Positions 1 through 10,779 of a stretch of 64,000 nucleotides of DNA are shown in pieces. Positions within the stretch are counted from its first letter, which is position 1. Each line of letters opens with the position of its first letter. Source of the stretch: Anolis carolinensis (lineage: Eukaryota); NCBI RefSeq assembly GCF_035594765.1, contig NC_085841.1:291285402-291349401 (forward strand). Direction: 5' to 3'. The notes beneath the pieces are model-generated. The model was not told the origin of the DNA and made no database searches. It was given only the letters and a program-made list of their open reading frames with translations. The position numbers and the translations under genes were made by a program.

Positions 1-376
1 TGGTTGGGAATGGAAACCAAGTACACATGCCCATTTTCAGAAAAAAGAAGCCAAGTCCTGAGTACTGGTATGTGTGCTATGTAATGAGCCACAACATTCT
101 TGCTAAATGCTTTGCACCACTACCTGCTACCTGAGGGGCTATTGTGATATTGTGACAGTGCTGGGTGTCTGCACTCTAGGATTGTATCAGCTCTTCACAC
201 AGTACAAAGTTGGATGACCGAATTCACTACCCCAGGATGTAGCAATGCTCACCAATGTGAATGGATTTAAAAGGAGACTAGATAAATTTGGTTGTTGGGG
301 AACATGAGCTGTCCTGCTTATGGGCTTCGCATAGACCTCTGACTGCCAATGAAAGCGAATATTGGATAGCATAGAC

Positions 377-494
377 CAGTGGTTCTCAACCTGTGGGTCC
401 CCAGATGTTTTGGCCTTCAACTCCATGAGATCCTAACAGCTGGCTGGGAATTGTAGGCCAAAACACCTGAGGACCTACAGGTTGAGAACCACTG
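377..494. mobile_element. Short non-autonomous hAT MITE (SPIN/OC1-type termini)
   Basis: TIRs CAGTGGTTCTCAACCTG / CAGGTTGAGAACCACTG; near-perfect 8-bp TSD gcatagac/gcacagac; related copies near 3934-4053 and 41348-41437. Confidence 0.8.
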
Positions 495-1632
495 GCACAG
501 ACCTTTGGTATCATTCATGTAGCTTCTTCTAATATCAGCTGTAGGCTACACATTAATTAGAAATGGATTTTGGATAAAACAAATTTCAACCTTTGCAGAT
601 GTTTGTCTCTATCAGTGAGCTTTGAATGCAAACACTCAGTATGACATGTTATTATTAACTTGTCTTTGATTTTATTGCCAATTACTTATCTGTTGTCTTC
701 AAAGCCCTATAGATGAAAAACACCACACAGGTAAAGATGACTTATGGATCATAGCCATTAAGTCAAAGAGTGGAATCATGTGACCTCTTGATGTTAAACT
801 GCAATTTTCAGGAATCCTAAGTGATATAGCCAATAATGAGGAAACATTATTTTCGTCCCTCTGTTAAGAAGAGGTTGCTTTAAATTAAAGGTCATACTCT
901 GTGGTGGCTAACTGTATGTTGCATGCCACTCCTTTGTGGTGGCTTATCATACAGAATGGAAATTATTTTTCCCATTAGTACAAACATTAATTCTTGGTAG
1001 TGCACAGAAAACTACTTATCTGTTTATTGATATCATGGGAGCCATTTAAAGCAGGCTAATAGCTATTAAATAAACATCACTGAGGTAGGCGACATTAATA
1101 GATTAGCCTCAAATCATTAAAGGCATTTTTCAAAATTGATATGTTTGATAGTTTGTTAATTATTACTATTTAGAAATGCATTTAAAATTACTAAAAATGT
1201 TCTTGAATTGAAATAATGGAAAAGTTAAATGTTACTTTGAAATAATTAGTAGTCTGTTTCAAAAATTTGTTGAAATTACAAATTAGGATAACTAGTTATT
1301 TTCAGTGAGTTACTTCCAAGCTCTAAGATTGACCAGTTTCAAAATATATCAAAGCATCACTAACTAAGAATATTTGGTAGAAAATAAGCTTTTTGTATTC
1401 AAGAGTGCATTTTCTGGTTAACTGCCATATTTACAATACTTCGACATTACTTATTTTTAAAGAAGCAACTTAACATGCCAGTCTTCCTTCTGTTGTTCTC
1501 TAATGTATCTTTGCCTTTTTCTTTTTGAAGACAAGTTGACCCTTCTGCAAATAATTGCAATAGACATACCAACTCAAAAGTGCAAATCAGTGGATGTGTT
1601 ATACAGAGAACACATTTCTTTAAATATCTGTG

Positions 1633-1826
1633 TCACAGGTATTTCATCCAAATCGCAGTCACTGCAGAAATACCAAGGGGAGCCGAACGGAACAAGATGC
1701 TTGGAGCGTTGTTGCAGAAATCTCTGTGGCAGCAAAGGAATCGAAAACTGTCAGCATCAAAGTGCTCAGCAACCTCACGGGCAGTGCAGCGTGATGTTTT
1801 CCAACAGCTATAGGTTCTCAAATTTA
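1633..1826 (-). CDS. CD59: CD59 last coding exon (second half of LU domain + GPI signal)
   Basis: Acceptor ttttttaacag ends at 1827; encodes (L)NLRTYSCWK...CCHRDFCNNAPS...MKYL; TGA at 1633-1635. Confidence 0.9.
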
Positions 1827-4800
1827 CTGTTAAAAAATAAAATACCCAAATTAGAATATAAAAACTTGATAGCTCTATCACATTTGGCTTTGCATTGAAT
1901 TTAGAATGGAAGGGAGCCTTCTAGATGACCCAGTTAAACAATATAATTTTGCTTTAAATTTCAGCAGAGGCATCTGAGTATCTATTTATTCATTTATCAT
2001 GTTTGTTGTTGTTATAATCATCTATATGGCTTGTTTGAAAATGGATATTTGCCTCTCAAAGTTCTGGTAATAACCCTGTTCAGTCCTTTAGGATCATGCA
2101 TTTAAATAAATTATGATTTGTCGTATTTCTCATAGCTTAAGCACTGTTACCTATGTGCTGAGAATCTTAAGAGTGGTTTAATGCAATGTGTGATTGCTTT
2201 TGAGTCTGGCATGCAGTTGCTGCAAAATGCCACCATTAACCTGCTACTTATGAGAGCCAACCATGGAGAATAACATCTACAAAAGGCGTGGGGGACATTT
2301 TTCACTCGTGCATCTCCCAGTTTCATGTCTGGCCAATTGTTAGATAAGTTGGGTTTTTTAAAAAGAGTTTGGGAAGCTTCAAGAACACAAAGAAAAGCTG
2401 CTTTAAAGTAGTTTTGGAACATTTGGGGCATTTGAAAAAGTGAAAATTGCTAAATAAAAATAACGGGGGTGTCTTGCAATTTTGGGGAGCTTCAGGGGGC
2501 ATAAATTGTGAGCCACATGTTGGTCTACAGGAACACTTGATGCTATGATGCTACTTTGCTACATTTACTGTGCATCTGGATGTATTAAGCCTTGACAGGG
2601 TTTAAGACAAACATCAAGAATATGTCACCCTCCAGATCTTATTAGATTGTCATTCCAAGTATTAGCTATGCAGGTTAGGGCAGATTATACCTTTTGACCA
2701 ACAACATCTGGAGGACCACATGTTGTTCATCCTCACTTAGGGCCCTGATAACATGAGAAGGATGGAATCCCACACAAAGAAGTCAATTCTACATGCAAAG
2801 AAGATGAATTCCCCTGCTTTCCCCCGCTTTCCCCAGCTCCTTCTGATGAAGTCCTAGGACAGCACAACAATTTTGCTCTTCTGAACTCTACGTACAATAT
2901 CTGATTTGTAAGCAGGTATCTTCATCTCCACGACAAGTGACATTCGACCTACACAGGAATGGGCTTTGCTCACAGTTATAACATATCAGTGCATCGCCTG
3001 AAAAAGAGGGAGCATTGTATTAATGTAATTGATACTGATATAACACAAATATTCATCTGTTTTACATACAATAATAATAATAATGATAATAATAATAATA
3101 CTTTATTCTTATATCCCACCCCATCTCCCCAAGGGGACACGGGTCGGCTTACAAAGGGACCATGCCCAAACAATATAAAAATACAACAGTAGAAACAAAT
3201 CCAAACAAAGCAATAAATACATCAAGAAAAAGCATACAACAACAATTTAACAACAATTGAAACATGTTCAATGCCCTGGAGTGGTATAGTTGGTACCTCA
3301 ATCTTCAGACTAAGGGCAAAGAATAAGGTTAACAAGGTGCAATGCATTATAACTTCTAGTAGAATGGTACAGCGATAAGGTGCAAAGTGTTGGAATAAAA
3401 AGGGGTAGGGGCTCACTTTGGTGTTCTTCTTAATTAAAAATGGTTTGAAAACATTACATCAGTAACTTTACAACAGTCACTTAGACTAGAACTATAGCCT
3501 ATCCTGAACTGTACATATGTATATAATCAGAGGATGACAGAACAGCAGCTTCCACGGCATCTGAAAAGGTGATTATAAAGGTAAATAAGGTGCAGGAAAT
3601 GTCAGCCAAAATTATTGAGGGCCCAGAGCAAATTCTTTATGAAGAAAGTATATTATGTTAGAAGCTCAAAAAAAGGGGGGCATAGGGATATATAAAATTG
3701 TGCATGGTGTGGAGATAGTGAAAAGAAGGAGGTTTTTTCTCCTTCTCCTAATATTACACACCCAGAATCACTGACTGAAACTGAACAGTGTGAGACTCCA
3801 GACAGAAAAGAGGAGGCACTTCCCCTCATGGGACAAAGTTAGACTGCTGCATGTTGTAGCAGTGACAACCAAACTGGAAAGCTTTAAAGGGTTCATGGAG
3901 GACAGGGCCATCAGGAGCTGCTATTACATCAATTGGGGTCCCCAGATGTTTTTTTGCCTACAACTCGCAGAAATCGTAGCCAGTTTACCAGCTGTCAGGA
4001 TTTCTGGGAGTTGAAGGCCAAAAACATCTGGGGACCCCAGGTTGAGAACCACTGTCTGAAAGCCACCTGATGAGTTCATAGATGGATACAGAGGGCCAAC
4101 TGTAAAACAATATTTTTCTTAAGAATCAGATTCCAGAAGCCATAGCATCAAATGCTATGATAATTGTTTCATCTTGTTTGGCTATTTATTTTCTCCCACT
4201 GGGAAAAAAATTTTTTTTAAAAGAAAAGAACAGATACCAGATATATTAAAAAGCCAAGCAGTTTTGTGCCTTCATCGACTAACTATATTTATTAGCAAAG
4301 GACCTCAGTAATCAAGTTACTCTGCTGCAGGAACCACAATGTGCATGTAGCAGACTCAACTCTCTCTTTTTCATCCCATCTTGTAGTTAATCGAGCAATT
4401 GAAAGCTATATAAAGAGTACTCTACTGGGCAAAAGAGTGAAATGGGGCCAGTGTTTTGTTCTTTTTAACGGAACATTAATAAGAAACCAGTGCAGTCAGG
4501 CTCACCCAGTTTGGCAAAGTGAAAAGAAGCAGGAAAAGTGCTCTGTCTTTGGGTTGCAATAACTTGAAGATGACATAATGCCACATAGCAATAACAACTG
4601 TCACAAATCATTCAGGAACTCTTCTTGCCCCCTCCCTTATTTTTAATCCTGTCTGAAAAATGTCTCTTGAATGCCACCTAGGCTCAGTGTCACTAACAAT
4701 TCTGTGTATCTCCACCACCATTACCTCTATTGCTATACTCCTTTCTATTGATAGCTCAAAACTGTATTCAACTGAAAAAAATATTTTAAACTATTAAAAA

Positions 4801-6259
4801 TAGAAAAAATGCAAACTATATATATATATGTATGTTGTTAACTGTTTTTATGTTCAATTCAACCAATGGTGACCCCATGGATGAGAGACATCCAATTCAT
4901 CCTGTCCTCAGGGCTGTTGCTTCCTTAAATAAGGCTATCCACCTGGAATGCAGTCTTCCTGTTTATCTACTTCCCTCTACATCAGCGATTCCCAAACTTA
5001 TTTGGCCTGCCACCCCCTTTCCAGAAAAAATATGACTCAGCGCCCCCTGGAAAGGGGAGCGTGGCTTAGAGGGGTGGGTGTGGCTCCTGCCCAAGAGGGC
5101 GGAGCTGAGAGTCTCCCCTAGTCCAAGATGCAGGGCTGCAAGGGGAGGTGGGTGGGGCCACAAATGGGAGGCCAGGACTGGGATGGGCGAAATTACAAGC
5201 TCTGAGGCAGGGTTGAGCTTCTATCCCTGTCCTGCGGTGCCTTCCAGGACACAGTAGGTGGGGCTAGAGAAGGGGCTGTGGCCTCTTCCCAAGTGCCTGA
5301 CGGGGCTGAATCTCTATACCCCTCCTCCTTGTTCTAACAAGCGCCTCAGGGGAGGTATACAGAGGTATACAGAGGCTCTGCCCTGTCTCGCGCTTGGGAA
5401 GAGGCCCCGACTCACCCCTAGCCCTGCCCTTTAGTCCTAAAAGGCCTCTCAGGAGAGGTATAGAGGCTCAGCCCTGTCTCGGGCTCTTGGAAGGAGGCCC
5501 CGCTGTCTTCCCTAGCTCCGCCCCCTGTGTCCCAACAAGTGCCTCAGGAGAGGTATAGATTCTTAGCCCTGTCTCAGGCTCTTGGGAAGAAGCCACGCCC
5601 ACTCCTCTAGCTCCACCCCCTGTGTGTCCTAACAGGCGCCTCAGGTGCTCAGCCCTGGCACTTGGGAAGAGGCCCCGCCCCTCCTCTGGCCCCGCCCCCT
5701 GTGTGTCCTGTGTCCTGTGTGTCCTAACAGGCGCCTCAGGTGCTCAGCCATGTCTCCGGCACTTGGGAAGAGGCCCCGCCCCTCCTCTAGCTCCGCCCCC
5801 TGTGTGTCCTAACAGGCGCTTCAGATGCTCAGCCCTGTCTCCGGCACTTAGGAAGAAGCCCCGCCCCTCCTCTGGCCCCACCCCCATGTCCCCCCCCCGG
5901 ATTGCTCCAGTGCCCACCGGGGGGCGGTGGCGCCCACTTTGGGAATCACTGCTCTACATTATCAAAATTATAGCAAAGAGAGTAATCTCTTCTCATGATA
6001 TGGCCAAACTACAATAACCTCTTAAACAATCAACCAAAATAATAATCAACAGAAATATTTGAAACCAGTCCATTAAACCAGAGAAAAAGAACACATTTCG
6101 GCAAGTTTCCATCAAGAAGGAGATGCATTAGTGTTAACTGTTCAACTGATCCATTTTCTTCAGTATCAGTGAAAAATACCCAGTGGGATACTTGCCATAA
6201 TTGCAGGAAACGGTTATGACAATGAAGACAGTAAGCAAAATGCAGTTTATTTTGTCCAT
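1633..6259 (-). CDS. CD59: CD59-like GPI-anchored Ly6/uPAR (three-finger) complement regulator; join(6259-6196,2997-2896,1826-1633), 119 aa
   Basis: Spliced translation MDKINCILLTVFIVITVSCNYGDALICYNCEQSPFLCRSNVTCRGDEDTCLQIRYLNLRTYSCWKTSRCTAREVAEHFDADSFRFLCCHRDFCNNAPSILFRSAPLGISAVTAIWMKYL*. It has a signal peptide, 10 Cys at mature positions 3,6,13,19,26,39,45,63,64,69 (same spacing as human CD59), CWK and CCxxDxCN motifs, and a hydrophobic GPI-type tail. Both introns are phase 1. It lies directly downstream of FBXO3, as in mammals. Confidence 0.9.
2896..2997 (-). CDS. CD59: CD59 middle coding exon (102 bp; first half of LU domain)
   Basis: Acceptor ctctttttcag, donor gtacgt; encodes (G)DALICYNCEQSPFLCRSNVTCRGDEDTCLQIRY; missed by the ORF track. 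Confidence 0.9.
3570..3920 (+). mobile_element. Old degenerate CR1 LINE 3' fragment
   Basis: Decayed CR1 ORF2-end wording (aaggtgcaggaaa...aaaattattgagggc; tataaaattgtgcatggtgtggaga; ttcatggaggacagggccatca). Confidence 0.55.
4983..5951. mobile_element. Non-autonomous hAT element with internal GC-rich ~60-bp tandem units, in CD59 intron
   Basis: TIRs CAGCGATTCCCAAA / TTTGGGAATCACTG; perfect 8-bp TSD ctctacat; second copy at 25163-25885. Confidence 0.9.
6196..6259 (-). CDS. CD59: CD59 signal-peptide exon (exon probably starts at 6273)
   Basis: Acceptor tttctttttctag ends at 6274; gcaacATGG Kozak context; MDKINCILLTVFIVITVSCNY-G; phase-1 donor is non-canonical G|gcaagt. Confidence 0.8.
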
Positions 6260-6669
6260 GTTGCTTTCTGAGTCTAGAAAAAGAAACCACAAATGAGACC
6301 AGGGCTATTTACAGAAGGAATACACCGTTGATTGATCTTCCCAATCAAAATCTCTCATCCAAACCTACTGTTAGCCTTCAGCTAGACATTGCCAACTTGT
6401 GCTCATTGAGATTTTTTTGGACTGTCGCTAACCACAGGTGGTAATGAGGATCACCACTTGCCCATTCTTGATTTAAAGGTCTGAGAATCAACTTATCATG
6501 GATATGTTACTTGGTCACATTTCCATTTCCATTGTACCATGTTATATTTCCTAACAGGGACAACACAGAAATGCATTATCCTGGTTATGATGTGTTCTGA
6601 TTTAGCATTTAAATATATGCTACATTACTATGTCTGGACAACTACAACATATTACAACACAAGTGACTA

Positions 6670-6995
6670 AAGTAAAGGTTTTCCCCTGACATTAAGTCCA
6701 GTCATGTCCAACTCTGGGGTTGGTGCTCATCTCCACTTCTAAGCCGAAGAGCCAGCGTTGTCCATGGGCACCTCCAAGGTCATGTGGCCGGCATGACAGC
6801 ATGGAGTGCTGATACCTTCCAGCCAGAGTGGTATCTATTGATCTCCTCACATTTGCATGTTTTCGAACTGCTAGGTTGGCAGAAGCTAGGGCCAACAGCG
6901 GGCGCTCACTCCGCTTCCCATATTTGAACCTGCGACCTTTCGGTCTGCAAGTTCAGCAGCTCAGTGCTTTAACATGCTGCGCCACCGGGGGCTCC
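6670..6995 (-). mobile_element. Sauria SINE, full length
   Basis: (ACCTTT)-type tail read as aaagtaaaggtt, tRNA-like head (ggagcccccggtggcgcagc); 10-bp TSD caagtgacta. Confidence 0.88.
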
Positions 6996-7049
6996 CAAGT
7001 GACTAGTCATTTTCATTTAGTGATACTCTGAAATAGTCTGTCTAAAGGA

Positions 7050-7252
7050 GGGTGCATCTAGATTGTAGAATTAATGCAGTTTGAAACCACTTTAATTGCC
7101 ATAGCTCAATCCTACATAATCCTTGATGAGACACTAGCTCTCTTTGGCAGAGCAGCCTAAACACTTACTACAACTCCCATGATTCCATAGCATTAAATCC
7201 TGGTAGTTAAAATGGTGTTGGACTGCATTAATTCTACAGTGTAGCAGCACCC
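7050..7252. mobile_element. PIF/Harbinger-like palindromic MITE
   Basis: Termini gggtgcatcta.../...tagcagcaccc with internal inverted tagaattaatgcagt / actgcattaattcta; degenerate relatives near 7590-7780, 8938-9310, 29573-29725, 36445-36620 and 58750-58925. Confidence 0.6.
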
Positions 7253-7872
7253 AGGGAGGGAGGGATAACAATATATGTTTCACCAGCAGCAGCTGTTCTC
7301 CCATGTGTCAATAGAGGACGACAGGAAGGGAAATAAAACAATAAATAATAAAACAATAGTACTGCACCTACTGGATGCTTGCATTTGTCTTCTTGACTCT
7401 CCATTCTATCTTCCTTTCCAGATTTTTAAATTTATAAGACTGTGGGCAAGGGACAGTTTAAATAAACTGCTCCAGGAGCGTTTCCAGCTGAGCAGCAGCA
7501 TAAAAACATCTTTAAATAATTATGATAAAGTAAAAATTTTATATAACCAGCTAAACATTCTGACGCACATACTGACTGAGGTCTCTTGCACATTATAGAA
7601 TTTTGATGCCTTTTAATTGTCGTGGCTCAGTCCTTGGGCTGTGCAGTTTTGTGCGTCATTTGGAATTCTAAGCCAGGGCCCAGTAGTATCTCACCAAACT
7701 ATAAATCCCAGGATTCCATAGGATGTAGCCATGGCAGTCCAAGTGGCACTAAAGTGCCATAACGTTAAGTGTGAAAAAATCCTGGAACAATGAAACAGAC
7801 AATAGGATGTACTGTAGTCTTGCACAGAAAGTAAAGCAAGGGGATTAAAGCAACTGGGCTCCTTTTAAGGGG

Positions 7873-8330
7873 CCGGGCTTAGCCCAGCGGGCTAAACCGT
7901 TAGCTGCAGAAAAATCCTGCCAATCAAATGGTTGGCAGTTCGAGACCGGCTCAGGGTTAGCATCCGCCTTTAGCCCCAGCTCCCTGCCCACCTAGCCAAT
8001 CGAAAGCAGAAATGTGAGTAGATAAATAGGTACTGTTTTAGCAGAGAGGAAATAAAAGTGCCCTTAAGGACATCAATCGGGAGGACATCTAAAGATGACA
8101 AAACTCCTCAGCATGGAAGATGGAGTGACAGCATCCCCCCCTCCCATGGCTGGAGTCGAGCACAGCTTTCAAGATACCAGAAATGAGATGGGAAATTCCT
8201 CTACCTCTGTCTGTCTGTGTATTGTCTGCCCCTTGTTAACTGTATAATGGCATTGAATGCTTGCCATATGTGTGTTCTGTAATCCAGGCTGAGTCCCCTC
8301 GGGGAGATAAAGTGGAATATAAATAAAGTA
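7873..8330 (+). mobile_element. tRNA-derived SINE with Sauria-like body and L2-like 3' tail
   Basis: Box B-like gttcgagacc; body aatgtgagtagataaataggtac shared with Sauria SINEs; tail ggcattgaatg...gagtcccctcggggaga...aatataaataaa matches the L2 3' ends elsewhere in the window. Confidence 0.6.
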
Positions 8331-8801
8331 CAGTAGAGTCTCACGTATCCAACATAAACGGGCCGGCAGAACGTTGGATAAGCGAAAATGTTGGATAATA
8401 AGGAAGGATTAAGGAAAAGCCTATTAAACATCAAATTACATTATGATTTTACAAATTAAGCACCAAAACATCATGTTTTACAACAAATTGACAGAAAAAA
8501 CAGTTCAACACATGGTAATGTTATGTAGTAATAATTACTGTATTTACAAATTTAGTACCAAAACATCGCAATTTATTGAAAACACTGATTACAAAAACAT
8601 TGGCTACTAACAAATTAAATACAAATAAAGATAGAATTGCATAAAATGAACTTAAAGTAACAACACTGTTGGAAATTAAATGCGTAAAAAGTTCAGTCCT
8701 TGCTGCCTGGAGAAACAGCTGTGGATCTGGGCAGGAGGCAGACTGTGTTGGATAATACATAATGTTGGATAAGCGAAGGTTGAATAAATGAGACTCTACT
8801 G
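8331..8801. mobile_element. Tc1/mariner (Tigger/pogo-like) MITE, long variant
   Basis: TIR CAGTAGAGTCTCAC(T)TATCCAAC, TA target duplication; shorter copies at 16671-16993, 33334-33656, 51265-51587 and 52043-52362. Confidence 0.88.
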
Positions 8802-9379
8802 TATGTTGTTGCTGTTGTTGTTGTTATTATTGAGAGGTGGGGGAATTATTGTATTTTGGGATCTGTATATGCCATACAATTATGGCAATTGATTACTACA
8901 AGAAAACTAGTGTGGTGTAGTGATCTGAATGGACCGTGGGTGCACCTATCATTTGACCCCACTATTTATTTATTTATTTATTTCTGATATTTCTAACCCA
9001 CCCTTCTCCCCGAGGGGACTCAGGGCAGCTTACACAACTGGCAGGGTCACTACCAGTATATCATAATACAAAAAAAAAATAAAACAGTTAAAATAGTTAA
9101 ATAACATAGTAAAATACAATATATAAAAGATTTAATTTTAACTGCCATGGCTCGATGGTATGCAATCCTGGGGTTTGCAATTGGGTGCCAGCCCTGTTTG
9201 GCAAAAAATCTAAAAATCTTATAAAACTACAACCCTTTCCAAGGCAGCATTGAGCCAAGGCAGTTCAAATGGTCTCAATATGCATGAATTGTACCGGGTA
9301 GATGTATCCTAAAGCTCTGGAGATCAGGACTCCAACTGCTGCTTGGCCACAGAAACTGATAGGGTGACCTTGGACCTTG

Positions 9380-10290
9380 AATTTCAACAAGGAGAAGTAT
9401 AGGATACGTCTCTTAGGCAGAAAAAGTTAAATGCAGATACCGGATGGGTAATGCCAACAGTGCATGTGAAAAATATCTTGGAGACAAGTCGGACAACAAG
9501 TTGAACATGAGCCAACAATGTGATGCAGCAACTAAAAAAGCCAATGGGATTTTGAGATGCATCAAAAGAAGTATAGTGTCTAGAATCCAGATTGAGGGAA
9601 GTCATGGTGTCTCTCTATTTTGCTTTGGTCAGACTGTGTCCAATTCCAGCTGGGCACCACAATTCAAGAGGGATATTGACAAGTTGGATGGTATCCAGAG
9701 GAAGGCAACTAAAATGATCAAAGGTCTGGAGACCATGTCCTAGGAGGATCGTCTTAAAGACCTGGACATGTTTAGCCTGCAGAAGAGAAGGTTCAGAGGA
9801 GACATGATAGGTAAAGGTAAAGTTTTCCTCCTGACATTAAGTCTTGTCGTGTCCGACTCTGGGGGTTGGTGCTCATCTCTATTTCTAAGCCGAAGAGCTC
9901 CAGACACCTTCAAGGTCATGTAGCCGGCATGACTGCATGGAGCGCTGTTACTGTCCTGCCGGAGCAGTACCTATTGATCTACTCACATTTGCATGTTTTC
10001 AAAATGCAAGGTTGGCAGAAGCTGGGGCTAACAATGGGTGCTCACTCTGCTCCCCGGATTTGAATCTGCGACCTTTAAGTCTGCTAGTTCAGCAGCTCAG
10101 TGCTTTAACATGCTGCACCCCTGGGGGCTCCTGTAAATATCTGAAAGGATGTCCTAAGGAAGAGGGAGCAGATTAGTTTTCTTCTGCCTTGGAGCCATGG
10201 TGTGTGTTGCTTTGTGCTTTTCCTGCATGGCAGGGGGTTGGACTAGATGGCCTGCGTGATCTCTTCCAACTCTGTTACTCTATAATTCTA
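9380..10290 (+). mobile_element. CR1 LINE 3' fragment, interrupted by a Sauria SINE
   Basis: Degenerate ORF2 (KLNMSQQCDAATKKANGILRCIKRSIVSR, WAPQFKRDIDKL) and CR1 3'UTR ending ...ttccaactctgttactctataattctatg. Confidence 0.85.
9810..10131 (-). mobile_element. Sauria SINE nested in CR1
   Basis: ggtaaaggtaaa tail to ...gggggctcc head; splits the CR1 motif ggagacatgatag|...taaatatctgaaagg. Confidence 0.85.
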
Positions 10291-10385
10291 TGTCACACAC
10301 TCTCAGCTTCAGAAAATCCTATGATAGCTTTGCCTTAGGGCTGCCGCCAGGGGGAAAAAACTTGGAGGCACACGACAACAAGGCC

Positions 10386-10690
10386 TCGTCGTTGTCTCAC
10401 TCGTTCAGTCATTTTCGACTCTTCGTGACCTCATGGACCAGTCCTCAACAGAGCTCCCTGTCGGCCGTAGCCGCCCCCAGTTCCTTCAAGGTCGAGCCAG
10501 TCACTTCAAGGATACCGTCCATCCATCTCGCCCTTGGTCGGCCTCTCTTCCTTTTTCCTTCCATTTTCCCCAGCATCGTGATCTTCTCCAAGCTTTCCTG
10601 TCTTCTCATGATGTGGCCAAAATACTTCAACTTTGCCTCTAATATCCTTCCCTCCAGTGAGCAGTCGGGCATTATTTCCTGGAGGATGGA
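10386..10690 (-). mobile_element. RTE-clade LINE (RTE-1/BovB-like) 3' fragment
   Basis: SILQEIMPDCSLEGRILEAKLKYFGHIMRRQESLEKITMLGKMEGKRKRGRPRARWMDGILEVTG; highly similar copy at 63716-63950. Confidence 0.88.
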
Positions 10691-10779
10691 CCCAACAAGC
10701 CCTATTCTACAGAATCTGGGAATCCACAGTTTGATGAGGTACTTGGCATCCTTTGCTGGAGAGCTCCTCCTCAAGTTAA

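Noticed and set aside
5240-5900. Repeat array superficially like a CRISPR array
   Set aside because: Degenerate tandem units without unique spacers, inside a TSD-flanked hAT element in vertebrate DNA; no cas genes
1633-6259. Possible three-finger toxin or novel Ly6 gene in a lizard
   Set aside because: It has a GPI-type tail, CD59-identical Cys spacing and the CD59 syntenic position next to FBXO3 and LMO2; CD59 orthologue is the simpler call
6900-6995. tRNA-like box A/B sequences here and in other SINE heads
   Set aside because: SINE promoters, not foldable tRNA genes
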